Below the pieces are notes generated by a model that ran no database searches, was not told the DNA's origin, and worked only from the letters and a program-made list of their open reading frames with translations. A stretch of 64,000 bases of DNA from Macrostomum hystrix. Taxonomy: Eukaryota; Animalia; Platyhelminthes. Both the position numbers and the translations under genes were made by a program. Of this stretch, positions 1-13,500 are shown piece by piece; position 1 is the stretch's first letter, and every line of letters begins with the position of its first letter. The stretch is taken from assembly GCA_950097015.1 (NCBI GenBank), contig CATNEN010000037.1, positions 4,402,001-4,466,000 on the forward strand. The letters are read 5' to 3'.

Positions 1-1141
1 TGAACTGTGCTGGGAACAAGCCTACCTGAATATCTGAACTGTGCTGGGAACAAGCCTACCTGAATATCTGAACTGTGCTGGGAACAAGCCTAATGAATAT
101 CTGAACTGTGCTGGGAACAAGCCTAATGAATATCTGAACTGTGCTGGGAACAAGCCTATCTGAATATCTGAACTGTGCTGGGAACAAGCCTATCTGAATA
201 TCTGAACTGTGCTGGGAACAAGCCTAATGAATATCTGAACTGTGCTGGGAACAAGCCTAATGAATATCTGAACTGTGCTGGGAACAAGCCTAATGAATAT
301 CTGAACTGTGCTGGGAACAAGCCTAATGAATATCTGAACTGTGCTGGGAACAAGCCTAATGAATATCTGAACTGTGCTGGGAACAAGCCTACCTGAATAT
401 CTGAACTGTGCTGGGAACAAGCCTAATGAATATCTGAACTGTGCTGGGAACAAGCCTACCTGAATATCTGAACTGTGCTGGGAACAGGACTACCTGAATA
501 TCTAACTGTGTTGGGAACAAACCTACCTGAATATCTGAACTGTGCTGGGAACAAGTCTACCCGAATATCTGAACTGTGCTGGGAACAAGCCTAATGAATA
601 TCTGAACTGTGCTGGGAACAAACCTACCTGAATATCTGAACTGTGCTGGGAACAAGCCTAATGAATATCTGAACTGTGCTGGGAACAAGCCTACCTGAAT
701 ATCTGAACTGTGCTGGGAACAAGCCTAATGAATATCTGAACTGTGCTGGGAACAAGCCTAATGAATATCTGAACTGTGCTGGGAACAAGCCTAATGAATA
801 TCTGAACTGTGCTGGGAACAAACCTACCTGAATATCTGAACTGTGCTGGGAACAAGCCTAATGAATATCTGAACTGTGCTGGGAACAAGCCTACCTGAAT
901 ATCTGAACTGTGCTGGGAACAAGCCTAATGAATATCTGAACTGTGCTGGGAACAAGCCTAATGAATATCTGAACTGTGCTGGGAAGAAGCCTAATGAATA
1001 TCTGAACTGTGCTGGGAACAAGCCTACCTGAATATCTGAACTGTGCTGGGAACAAGCCTACCTGAATATCTGAACTGTGCTGGGAACAAGCCTAATGAAT
1101 ATCTGAACTGTGCTGGGAACAAGCCTACCTGAATATCTGAA
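1..1141. repeat. 33/34-bp minisatellite (TGAATATCTGAACTGTGCTGGGAACAAGCCTA[A/CC])
   Basis: Direct head-to-tail repeats with no unique spacers; runs off the window start. Confidence 0.97.
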
Positions 1142-1535
1142 CACCAGCTTACGAACTCTAAGCTAATCTACGTAGATTTCTCAAAAATCGCAAACAAAAA
1201 ATGTTCTCGTAATTTTCGTTACCTGACTAAGTTCTCAGAAGAAAAAACAAAGACTACTAGAATAAGTATTTCAAATCTAGATTTTATTATGTTGCAGTCA
1301 GTATAAACAAAATTATGGTTGCCCGCGACTGGGACAGGTGTGTGAGGGAGAAAAATTGAAACAGAAACAAAAAACGCCTGAGAGAAGCGACAGCACTTGG
1401 CATTGCAAATTTCTAAGCATTATAATAGATTTCTGACGTGCCAAAGTTTGAATAGAGAAGAATTGTCGGAACTGCCACCAGTACACAGGCTGAGTACGCA
1501 GAATAGAATAATGACATTAAAGGTGAGTCATCAAG

Positions 1536-4500
1536 CTACGAGTAGGTGAGAATCTCCTGGCTGCCCTGGGAGCCATTGGACGCGCTGCTAGACAAGGACT
1601 TCATGCTGCCACCGCTGGCGGCGCAAGCGTCCAGATTCTCCAGGGAGCGCGACCGGCTACTTTCCGATACGACGGCTGCGGCGGCCGCGGCAGCAGCAGC
1701 AGCAGCCGCAGCAGCGGCCACGGCAACGGTTGCCGCCAGATGATTGCGATCACGATGACCGGACTCTTCGTCTAGAAGGTGATTCTCTGATTGGCTTTTC
1801 CTAACCGCGGCTGCGGAGTCGGTTGCCGACAGAACAACACTGCGAGGCCTGCTAGCTGAAGTTGTCGTTGAAGATGTCGATGATGAAGAACAAGACTGCT
1901 GGCCGCCAAAACGACGGCTCGTAGTGCGCAGTGGCGGCGGCGGAGGCGGCGGAGGCAGCGAAGCAGCAGCGGAGCGGCAGGGCGTGACGGCCACCTGCTC
2001 CAGGCTGGTGCCGGGAAACTCCGGCAGGTGATGCTGAACGTTGGCCGCGGCAGTTGAAGCGGATGCGCACGGTGTGAAGGAGAGACGCGACAGCGCCGTT
2101 GTCGGACTCTGCGCTGTCGCTGTCAGCAGCGGCGCCGGCGGCGGAGGCGGCCGCAGGAAGCCAGACGGCTGGCTGTGGCTGTTCACAACTGTCGTGCGCT
2201 GACGCTTCGCCTCCCAGCAGTCACTGGCAGAGCCGCCGCCGCTGCCGCCGCCACCGCTGCCGCCACCGCCGGATGATGGCGATGAAACGGCCTCCGACGA
2301 GAAGCTCTCGGAGCGTTTCAACTGCTTCTCAAATTCGAGCAGCTGGCCAAGGAAGTTGAAGTTTGGCGAAATATTGGTGCGCTTCTCTTTTACAAACCTG
2401 CGGGTTTGTGGCGGACACATATTTGAATAATTTAACAAAAACCTTTCATTTTTTAACACGAACATTGCAACGAATAGATAATAGAATACTTACTTGTAGG
2501 CATCATCATGTGACAGTTTCTTGTGCTTCATAATGTAGGCGATGGACAGCGTCGGCGAGCGCGAGATGCCAGCCAGGCAGTGGACTAGGCAGCGGCCTGA
2601 CGTCTCTCTGACATTTTCTAGCAAAACAGGAGTTTATTAATAGGAAGATTTATGACAAACCATGATGGATTAGATAGAATGGAGTATCGAATCTGGTTGC
2701 GAGTTTAATTTTAAGGATTAGGGATCGGGTGCGGGTGGGTGACAGTCTGGGATCTGAGATCGGGTGGATCAGTTTAAGGATCTGAGATCGGGTGGGTCAG
2801 TTGGAGGATCTGAGATGGGGTGGGTCAGTTTGAGGATCTGAGATCCGGTGGGTCAGTTTGGGGATCTGAGATCGGGTGGGTCAGTTTGGGGATCTGAGAT
2901 CGGGTTGGTCAGTTTGAGGATCTGAGATCGGGTGGGTGACAGTTTTGGGATGTGAGATCGGGTGGGTCAGTTTGGGGATCTCAGATTGGGTGGGTCAGTT
3001 TGGGGATCTCAGATCGGATGGGTCAGTTTGAGGATCTGAGATCGGGTGGGTCAGTTTAGGGATCTCAGATCGGGTGGGTCAGCTTGGGGATCTCAGATCG
3101 GATGGGTCAGTTTGAGGATCTGAGATCGGGTGGGTCAGTTTGGGGATCTGAGATCGGGTGGGTCAGTTTGGGGATCTGAGATCGGTTGTTTCAGTTTGTG
3201 GATCTGAGATCGGGTGGGTCAGTTTGAGGATCTGAGATCGGGTGGGTCAGTTTGAGGATCTGAGATCGGTTGTTTCAGTTTGGGGATCTGAGATAGGGTG
3301 GGTCAGTTTGGGGATCTGAGATCGGTTGTTTTAGTTTGGGGATCTGAGATCGGGTGGGTCAGTTTGAGGATCTGAGATCGGGTGGGTCAGTTTGGGGATC
3401 TGAGATCGGTTGTTTCAGTTTGGGGATCTGAGATCGGGTGGGTCAGTTTGAGGATCTGAGATCGGGTGGGTCAGTTTGAGGATCTGAGATCGGTTGTTTC
3501 AGTTTGGGGATCTGAGATCGGGTGGGTCAGTTTGGGGATCTGAGATCGGGTGGGTCAGTTTGAGGATTTTGATATCGTGTGGGTGACAGTTTGGGGATGT
3601 AAAGAATGCTGTCAGAAGCAGGTAAGGCGATCGCCGGACTCACCCAGAAACTGGAAAGCCTGCTGGAAGTGTGGCAGCAGTCGGTCAACGTAGCCGTCAT
3701 TGACGGAGATGCGCAGGAAATGATCCGGCGGCACGTGCCTGGACTGAGGACAGGATGAACTCACATTCAGAATGTGGGTGATGCCGTGCCGTCTGATCAC
3801 TTCCTCGTCTAAGGCGTCGGCCTGTGAGCCGACAAACAGGAAGTTAAGCACCTGAGTAGGGCCCTGGCTAACACCGGATGGCTCGGCTGTGGTCTTCTCG
3901 GCCGCCTCCGGGTCATTGTTAGTCTTGGACTCGCAGTGTTGCGGATAGCCGGCCGAGAAGCACAGGAAGCCGCCTGAAGAGAGAGAGAGATGCGAAAATG
4001 AAAAACGATATGCGCATAAACAAAGTGCACTGTTGGAGAGACAGATTGGAATTCTGATCGAATCGCCGAAAACAATTTATACAGCGAGCAATCGCGCACA
4101 AGAGAACAGATGGTCGCATTTATGACGGGGCGTGGCCAGCGAAAACTGAGCTTAGAGAGAGGGAGGAGAGGGAAGTGTGGCAGTACGGATGATCGATCCT
4201 TGATCAATGAGGCATGAGTACTAGAGAATATGTTTTTTTTTAAAAAAAAACAAAAATCTTGAGTCCAAAACTCGGGGATGGAGTGACGGAGCGGCAACAC
4301 CGAGGCGAGGTCAGATTATAGTCTGACGCGCAGTCGCGGAGAGAATTGGCTTGTGGGCTTATAGTGCAATTTACACCCCTGAGGGCCAACCTTCAAGGCG
4401 CAGTGAGTGTGTACACAGCCTGAGTCCCTCGCTGGCTGAGGGTCGACTGTCTCCAATTCATGCGTCAGTGCCCACAGCCCTTGTTATCATTTTGTTACAC

Positions 4501-7500
4501 GAGTACAGGATAGGCCTAATGCCAGGCTGCTCCTAACTGTTTGCTCCTAGCTCTCACCCATGCAAGTGCGACGCTTGCGCGCCATCGCAGACGTAGCTGC
4601 ATTAGCAATTGGCGTTGTCATGACAACGCAAGCATTCGCAGAAATCGGACTTAGCGGCGAATTTGCGGCCGAAGCGACGACTGGAACGGCCGAGGCTGAC
4701 AGGGACAATCGGCCGGGCGGGCGCGGCCTGGCGACTATAATGGGCGACTGGTCAGCACTGCCAATGCCGCTCCCGCCGACGCCGCCGCCGTCAACGCCAA
4801 CAGGACAACAGAGGTGATTTTCGAGTGCATCCGAGGGTGGCTGAGCTGAGACTAGCATAACTACCGCTGGCTGTTTTCACGCAACGTCTTTTAATCTCTC
4901 CTTTCAAGAAGATTAGCAGCATAAAACAGGGCTGTCCGGAGTCTGAGAGGGATAACTACGCCTAATTGAATTCAGAACTTGTTGTCAGAAGAAATGCGAA
5001 CACTTAATAGTGGACGGACAGTGTTGAAAGATAAATAGAATGGGGTGGAGCAGCCGATGTGACCAACCAGCAAATCAGAACCGGAGACAAGAAAAGCGAA
5101 ACCTGATAGGAAATAAGCGCGCAGTGAGTGAGTGAGAGACCGCTGTCACGAGCGCGCTGACTAAGTTAGGCGTTGGGTGGGGAAACCACCCAGTTGCCAG
5201 GGGCAACGCGCCCGGGGCAGGGCAACCCCGCGCAGCCCAACCTCACTCCGCCAACCACAGACAGCTGGTTGGCTGGATGGTCGAGTTATTTCTCTCTTAG
5301 CCATATTTTCTCTGACTAATCGCGCTCAGGGTGTCTTGCTTCTCTTTCTCGCACTGAGCACAAGCCTGTGCAGCACTGAGCAATACCATAAATGCTCAGC
5401 CATGTGCCAAGCTGTTAAACTGAGCTGTCTGCGCCACGTTCACCAAAATGATGTCGGAGAGAAATAGAGAGCGGGGAGAGAGGGAGAGAGTGGGTAGGCT
5501 TTGCGCGATGATGACGCAAAGTTATCGTAGGCGCTTCAATGCATCAACGGTGGTTGGGGCGAGCATTGCATGGGCAGGAGAGGATGAGGACAGAGATGCT
5601 ATTTAAAACTATTTCGCAAATATTTCGATCTACCTACTGCGACACTGAGGCAACTTGTGACCAAAAGTGACTCAGAGGGTACACACGCGGTTTGGCGGTC
5701 AAAGAAAACTTCAATAGTTTTTCAACTTTAGTCAGAATAAAATGCCAGCTAAACTAGAAGCAATTTCGAGGCAATTAGAAGCGAAAACACGAATTACCGC
5801 ACAAAACTCTAACCGAATCGCTGACTCATTATCGATAATTCGTGCTAGGAAAATCGATTCACACACACAATGGCCCAATAATTAGCTAGGCAGTTGAGTC
5901 AAGCTTGAAGTCAATATCAATAATATTTACTGCGCTATATTTTGTGCGCAATTCACAATTGGGAGAGTAGTTAGAATACCCCCAGTTAGAAAGTGAATTC
6001 TAAAGCGTTCGCTTGTAATCTATTATTTTAATCCAGGAATTCGTAAAAATTTGTGACTAAACAAGGATGAGTAATAATTTGTAATACTACATTTCAGGCC
6101 GTTCCACTGTCGCAGAATAGCAAGACCAGGCGGGCAAACTAAACTGTAAAAGCTCCTGGCCTGCCACTTTTTATCTTCAAACAAGGCTTTGTAGCATTTG
6201 CAGCAACCCCCAGTCACAAACAAAGATACCTTAGTCATGGCACCAAAATCAGGGGTTGGGTCTTAACCACAGCTTACTTTTTAGATTACACTAAATATGC
6301 ACATGTAGACATTTATTTTCAAGTTCGGGATTAAACCCGCAGTGTCCCATAAACAGGTCAACTTTTTTTGGCTTATTGCGGGTGACTCAGATACTCAGTG
6401 ATGCCAGATTACCTTTGTCGTTAGGCGACTTGTCTTAGCAGTTTAATTTCATTAAGGGACAGTCAGTGGTGGGTGGGGTCGGCAACCCACGATCCTGAAT
6501 CCTGCCCATGGACTTACACCAACAACTTCCCATCCCTGTCATCTAACTCGTCTGTTTTCACCGTGTCTCACCCCCCAATATCTTATCTCTCCCGTGTCTC
6601 ATCTCCCCAATATCTTATCTCTCCCGTGTCTCATCCCCCAATATCTTATCTCTCCCGTGTCTCATCCCCCAATATCTTATCTCTCCCGTGTCTCATCCCC
6701 CAATATCTTATCTCTCCCGTGTCTCATCTCCCCAATATCTTATCTCCCCCGTGTCTCATCCCCCAATATCTTATCTCTCCCGTGTCTCATCTCGCCAATA
6801 CCTTATCTCTCCTGTGTCTCATCTCCCCAATATCTTATCTCTCCTGTGTCTCATCTCCCCAAAATCTTATCTCTCCTGTGTCTCATCTCCCCAATATCTT
6901 GTCTCTCCCGTGTCCCTAGGAACTCTATCCCTAAGACACACCTAACTCGACTCGCTGTCATATTTTAGAATCTTTCTTATGCCACCAAGGCTTATAAGGT
7001 TACGGACCGTTGGTTAGGCTTAGGCAGATAACTGGCTATTTTCTGGAGATTAAAGAATTAGTTATAAATTTTCTAGAAACTAGAAAAAAGCGAAAATAGA
7101 AATGATAAGAAGAACCAAAAGGAAAAGTTCAAAACAGCCGCCTATTGAAATTGATAGCGCTAATGGCAAAGCAAGTTTCAGGCAAAGAGTGGAAACCTCA
7201 TAAATAAGCTGATTCATAGATATTAATCGGCCAGCAAAGTCAAGGTTAAGCCAGGCAAACTGCCAGGTACAGATATGGTTTGGGAGAAACTGGGATTAAA
7301 TACGAGCTATTTGATAGAATCAATACAATTATCAGCAATAGAGAAGTAGCTAAAGCGCAGTCTCACCCTGAAGCAGGCGAACAGTCTTGTACTGCCGCGT
7401 CAGCCGTTGCATCAGCAGCATCACGAAGCTGGAATCGCCAGCCTCGATCGGCAGTCGATCCGAGCACTGGTCATAGACGATGACCAGATCTGGATCCGGG

Positions 7501-10500
7501 CTGCGGATCTGCTGCTGCTGCTGCTTCTGCTGCCTGATTTCTGGTGCGGCCGACGTCGATGCATCGTCGGCTGGCGACGATTTTGGCGACGGCGGCGTAC
7601 GAGCACCGCCCGGACAGCCCGAAGCGATCAGGTCATCGATTGATAGCTGGGCAGTGGGGTGGAAGGAATGATTGACAGGTGAAATACGGTGCGCCATTGT
7701 AACCACATTTGATTTGAGGATCATTCACTCCCTTCACCCACTGTTTCGAGGATCATTCACTCCCTTAACCCACTGTTTAGAGGATCATTCACTCCCTTCA
7801 CCCACTGTTTAGAGGAGCATTCACCCCGTATAAATTTGGTGAAGGGAGTGTAGAGGATCATTCACTCCCTTAACCCACTGTTTAGAGGATCATTCACTCC
7901 CTTCACCCACTGTTTAGAGGATCATTCACTCCCTTAACCCACTGTTTAGAGGATCATTCACTCCTTTCACCCACTATTTAGGGGATCATTCACTCCTTTC
8001 ACCCACTGTTTAGAGGAGCATTCACTCCCTTAACCCACTGTTTAGAGGATCATTCACTCCCTTCACCCATTGTTTAGAGGAGCATTCACCCCGTATAAAT
8101 TTGGTGAAGGGAGTGTAGAGAATCATTCACTCCCTTAACCCACTGTTTAGAGGATCATTCACTCCCTTCACCCACTGTTTAGTGGATCATTCACTCCCTT
8201 AACCCACTGTTTAGAGGATCATTCACTTCTTTCACCCACTGTTTAGAGGATCATTCACTCCCTTCACCCACTGTTTAGAGGATCATTCACTCCTTTCACC
8301 CACTGTTTAGAGGATCATTCACTCCTTTCACCCACTGTTTAGAGGATCATTCACTCCCTTCACCCACCGTTTAGAGGATCATTCACTCCTTTCACCCACT
8401 GTTTAGAGGATCATTCACTCCCTTCACCCACCGTTTAGAGGATCATTCACTCCCTTCACCCACTGTTTAGAGGAGCATTCACCCCGTATAAATTTGGTGA
8501 AGGGAGTGTAGAATCCCTTCTAAACTGTAAACTGCTTGGAGGGTCATTCACTCCCTGCATTCTCTCCTCTAGTCTGTTATTCTGTTATCATCCAGAAATA
8601 TTTTATACGTATATAGGTTACCCATTGTTTTATAGAATATTTTTCTATGCCAGTTTATATTGTAACTCGCATTTTTCATTTTCACACATCATCCCTTAAC
8701 TGTAAGCAGAGTAAAGGTCATGTAGAGAATCCAAAGGCGAGAATCTACCAGACAAATGCCTCATATAAAATGATCCACTCGTAATCAATCAGATTAAAGC
8801 GGCCATTTGTAAGCCCGACAACTTTAGGCGGCCAAATCGCGCACCGGAGCCTCAGCTGGTTAAGGTCACAACCCCGACCTCTCCATAGTTCCTTTTCACT
8901 CCTGCTCCTAACCTGCCAGCAATAGAGATGTTGACTAACTCTTTACACAACTTGCTGACAAGGAATTACATATCTAGGACAAAATTCTACTCACTCTGAC
9001 TCAATACAACAACTCAACTTCTTCCTAGGAGCAGAGGGAATAACAATGCAAAGTATTGCCAGTACGATGACTTCCTAATGCAGCATCAAAAATAGTATTG
9101 AACAAAATCGAGAAATTAAACAATTACTAACCTAGGAGCAGAGAAAGTTAGGAAGTGACTCGATTTTAGGCCTTCGTAGATTTGGGCATCGGGTCCAGAA
9201 ATGCAGAAGCAAAGAGACGATAGGAAAACGAAACGGTAGAACGAGGTCAATCGAGGCAAATCCGCTCCCAAACCCCTCCCCCGCGACTCCGTCCTCGAAC
9301 CCAGTGAAATTTAGCAATCTAGAGCATTAGTCACCGGTCCCAGTTGCTGCTGCTGCTGCTGGGCTGATGATGATGCGCCCATGGGAGAAGTAGAGAGAAG
9401 AGAGACGGCCCAGGCTACAGCTACAGTGTAATAAGGAGAAGAAAAAACACACCCAATTACGTAATTGTCCAGCTGGGGTGAGGAGCAGAAGAAAAGAGAG
9501 GATTGAAGAGACGCCAAAAGCTTCTTAAGTGAATTGGGTAAAAAATGAGGGCGCGACAGGTCACGCACTGGATTATTCCACAGCATATGCGCAAATATAT
9601 ATTATGCATAAAGGCGAGGATTGCATTAGAGAAGTCAGTTGCCCAACAAATTCATATTTCCTACTAACAGTAGAGTGGCATTTACGAGTCGCTTTAGTGA
9701 GCCAGATTGTTTCTTTAATATTGCGAGCCACCGGGTCCTATATGCGCTCGAGAATATATAGCTGATAGCAGCGAGAAAAGTCTGACGAGATTATTTTTAT
9801 CTTTCTTATACTGTTATAGGACTAGGAGGCTATTTACAGTCGCAAACAGGAAATTTACACTGCGCGAACTTCTATATAGGAGTAAACAAAAGGTGTTGCC
9901 CTCAGATGATGAGTCATTCAGCTTTTCAGCAACCAGCTTGGGACCATCCTGCCCACAGTCGACGGATATGTAAACAAATATATAAGACTTGTTTGCTGGC
10001 AGTTGTGCGGCTCTATTTACAGCTAGGAGAAAATGTGTTTTCTATTTACTAAGAAAGCGCATGTCTGGCTAAGTGGAACTATTTTTAACAACCGCCACTC
10101 ACCGAGTACGCTATCCCCTAACGCAGTGTTGAGCGAAGAGAAACATGCATATCCTTATATTTCTACTTGCGCAGTAGCATAATGAGGACGTGCTCAATTA
10201 AATCTGCTAGAACTACAGAGTAAATAAACAATCCATATATTGATGCTGGGCACGGCAAGTTATATTTAATCGACAAGCCCGGCTGACTAGGCTATAGGGT
10301 GGATCTAGTCAATTTGTTGCATTACAAAATAAACTAAAGACACCCAATTAATGGGAATCAATTAGTGGGTTGTTAGACTATGGTGAGTAGACATTATTCA
10401 GGTAAATATTCACGTGAGGGATATATCTGACGTTAAAACTAAAAACAGAACAAACCCATCCCAGCTACACTAATGCGACAAGTTACTTTTTTTCCAGATA

Positions 10501-13500
10501 TAGAATCACATTATATGCGCAGACCATAGGCGACATGTGCGACGCAAAAGGTGTGAGTAAGCATTCGGCTCTCACGCTTCACACCCCATGCCCCGCGCCT
10601 AAATATATGTGCATACTTATGCGCTGAGGCACCAATACTTCCTCACAAACCGCCCTTCCTTCTATCTATAGCAACTCGATATACTGCAGTCTATATAAAG
10701 CACGGGCTAAGCCAGAAATATCAAGTTCCATTACCACAATATCTGATTTGATAAGTTCGGCTTACACGAGAGAGATGATAGGTCCTATATAGAAGGGACT
10801 CAAAATGCCCCGCAGGAAGGGGAATTGATTACGCAATAAACAGCTACGTGAGAAAGTAGGCAATAATATTATCCTACCAAACTCCAATGCATTATGAGAG
10901 AAAGTTACATTTGTAGAAATAAAGAAAAAGGGAATTGACATGCAATGATATGAGACTGCCTGCATTATATCATGATTTCAGAATATATATTTTCATTATA
11001 AAGTAAATGGTATTTGCAGATACGCCTCACAGAGCTCCTGAGTTCGGTCCCCTGGACCCTTCAAGCACCTACTCGCACCTTTCTCATCTCTCCCTAGTCT
11101 CACCTCTCCCCCGTCTTATCATCATTCTATAAGTCTGAGAGGTCATGAGTTGAAAGCTCATTTCATAGAAAACCATAGAGCGAGGCAAGACATTTGAATG
11201 TGGCAGCCTCTTCAGTCCATGGACTGAACAATTGTACGCAGCCTTAAGAAGCAAGGCTGGCTGTACATTTGGCCCAACTCAATCCATCTATCTACTATTC
11301 ATTCCAAAAACACCATAGACTTGGCTTGTAACTAAAAATAAAACAGAACCCGCCAACCAAGAAGCGCTTGCCAAATTTCATGAAACATTTGGTTGCACAT
11401 AACATATTCGCGTCAATCTAAACTTGCCCTTCTAACTGTAACTAAAATAATAAAACTAATTTATATTCACTGCGACAAAAACATATAGCTGAGAATGCGA
11501 ACCCACCAAAAACTCAGTGAGTCGTGAGTCACGTTCTAATAATAGATTTCGATGCATTCCTGTAGCTAAAATATTGTAACACGACAAGAATAATAACACT
11601 TTGTGAAAGTACTTATGGAATGAAGCTTTTTAAGTCAATTGCTTGAAATCACAATATCGATAATTCAATGGGATCACAATATAAAAATACTGTCTTAGTT
11701 TAACTAAGCACCCTGACATCCATGACAGCACCCTGACATCCATGTCAGCACCCTGAGATCCATGATAGCACCCTGACATCCATGACAGCACCCTGACACC
11801 CATGTCAGCACCCTGACATCCATGACAGCACCCTGAGATCCATGATAGCACCCTGACATCCATGACAGCACCCTGACACCCATGTTAGCACCCTGACACC
11901 CATGATAGCACCCTGTCACCCATGTCAGCACCCTGACATCCGAGATCACCATGGGGGAAACCATTGCTGCGCTGAACGACATGGACGGCACCAAAGCGCC
12001 TGGGCCGGACAGGATCCATCCACGACTCCTCAAAGAGCTACCACAATGTGCCATAGCAACGTTCCACAGGCTATTCCAACGATCTTGGACGGAAACCGAC
12101 GTGCCGCAAAACTGGAGGAAGGGCGAAATCATCCCGCTGCTCAAGCAGGGAGCCGATCCGGAACTGATCCCATCCTACCGCCCTATCTGCCTGACATCAG
12201 CTATCGGAAAATGGTTTGAGCGAATTCTTGCCAACCGCCTTAAGTTCGTGCTTGAGAGCCGTGGTCTCATCATAGACGAGCAAGCCGGTTTCCGCAGCGG
12301 CCGCGCCACCACGGACCAGGCACTGCTCCTCAGCCAGGCCATTAGCGACGGCTTCCAGATCAGGCTTAAAACGCTGCTGCTTACGCTGGACTATGCCAAA
12401 GCGTACGATACGGTGTGGAGAGCGGGCTTACTGAGTAAAATGCACAACCTAGGCATCGACGCCCGTCTCATCCGGTGGATCCAAAGCTGGTTGGCAAACC
12501 GTCGGGCCTGGGTCAGACTTGGACAAGAGACAGGCGCGCACGTCACCATGAAGCAGGGCCTGCCTCAGGGGGCCGTGTTATCGCCCATCCTCTTCCTCGT
12601 CTACATCAACGACGTTCGGAGTGCCATACCGGGAGATGTCGCCTTCAGCCTGTTCGCGGACGACCTAGCCATCTGGAGCCAAGGGAGGAGCATTTTAGAA
12701 GCCCGGCGCAAACTCCAGGCAGCGCTTGACGGAGTGGCCAAATGGAGCAGCAGATGGCTCCTCCGCCTCAACCCGGACAAATGCGAAATTGGAGTCTTTT
12801 CCATGAATCCTAATGATGCGTCGGCGGCCCCGGAGATCTACCTCAATGGGAAGCAACTCCGCGTGAACCCGCACCAGTGCTTCCTCGGAGTAACGTACGA
12901 CCGCTGCCTAACCTTCGCGGAACACATCCGGAAATGCGTCCAGAAGGCCAGGCAAAGACTCCACCTACTTAGGCGCATCGGCGGCCCGGAATGGGGCATG
13001 GACGACAGCACAATCCGCGTAGCCTATCTTGCACTCATCAGGCCGGTGCTCGAGTACGCTGCCGCGGCCTGGATGCCATGGGCGGCAAAATCCCAAATTG
13101 AAAAACTGGAGCGCTGCCAGCGCGCCGCGGCGCGCATCATAACCGGTGCACTTGCCAGCACACCGGCAGAAGCCCTCCTAGCCGAAGCCGGCCTGACAAC
13201 TATCGCGAGCCGGGGAAAGCTCGACGCTCTCACGCGCTACGACAAGTACAGCAGACTCGAACCGGAAACCAATCGCGCCAAAGCAGCCAGAAGCAACCTG
13301 CAGCAGCGTCTCCGGCGCCCATCGTGGCGAGACTGGTGCCGTGGCAATTGGCCGGCAAACATCCTGCAACCAACCAACACCGAAGGCAAAAACAGCATCG
13401 ATCTGCCTCCACCCCCATGGTCTACCAATCAGCCGCTGGAGCTCGACCGCAACTCCATCCACAAGCTTGACAATGCCCAAGCCAACCGGCAGGAAGCCGA

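Noticed and set aside
1-1141. CRISPR-like array
   Set aside because: The 33/34-bp repeats abut with no unique spacers, there are no cas genes and the context is eukaryotic.
8994-9030. Approximately 30-nt AG/GT-bounded mini-exon on minus in a DUSP intron
   Set aside because: It contains an in-frame TGA when joined to the phase-0 neighbours; no support beyond splice-like motifs.
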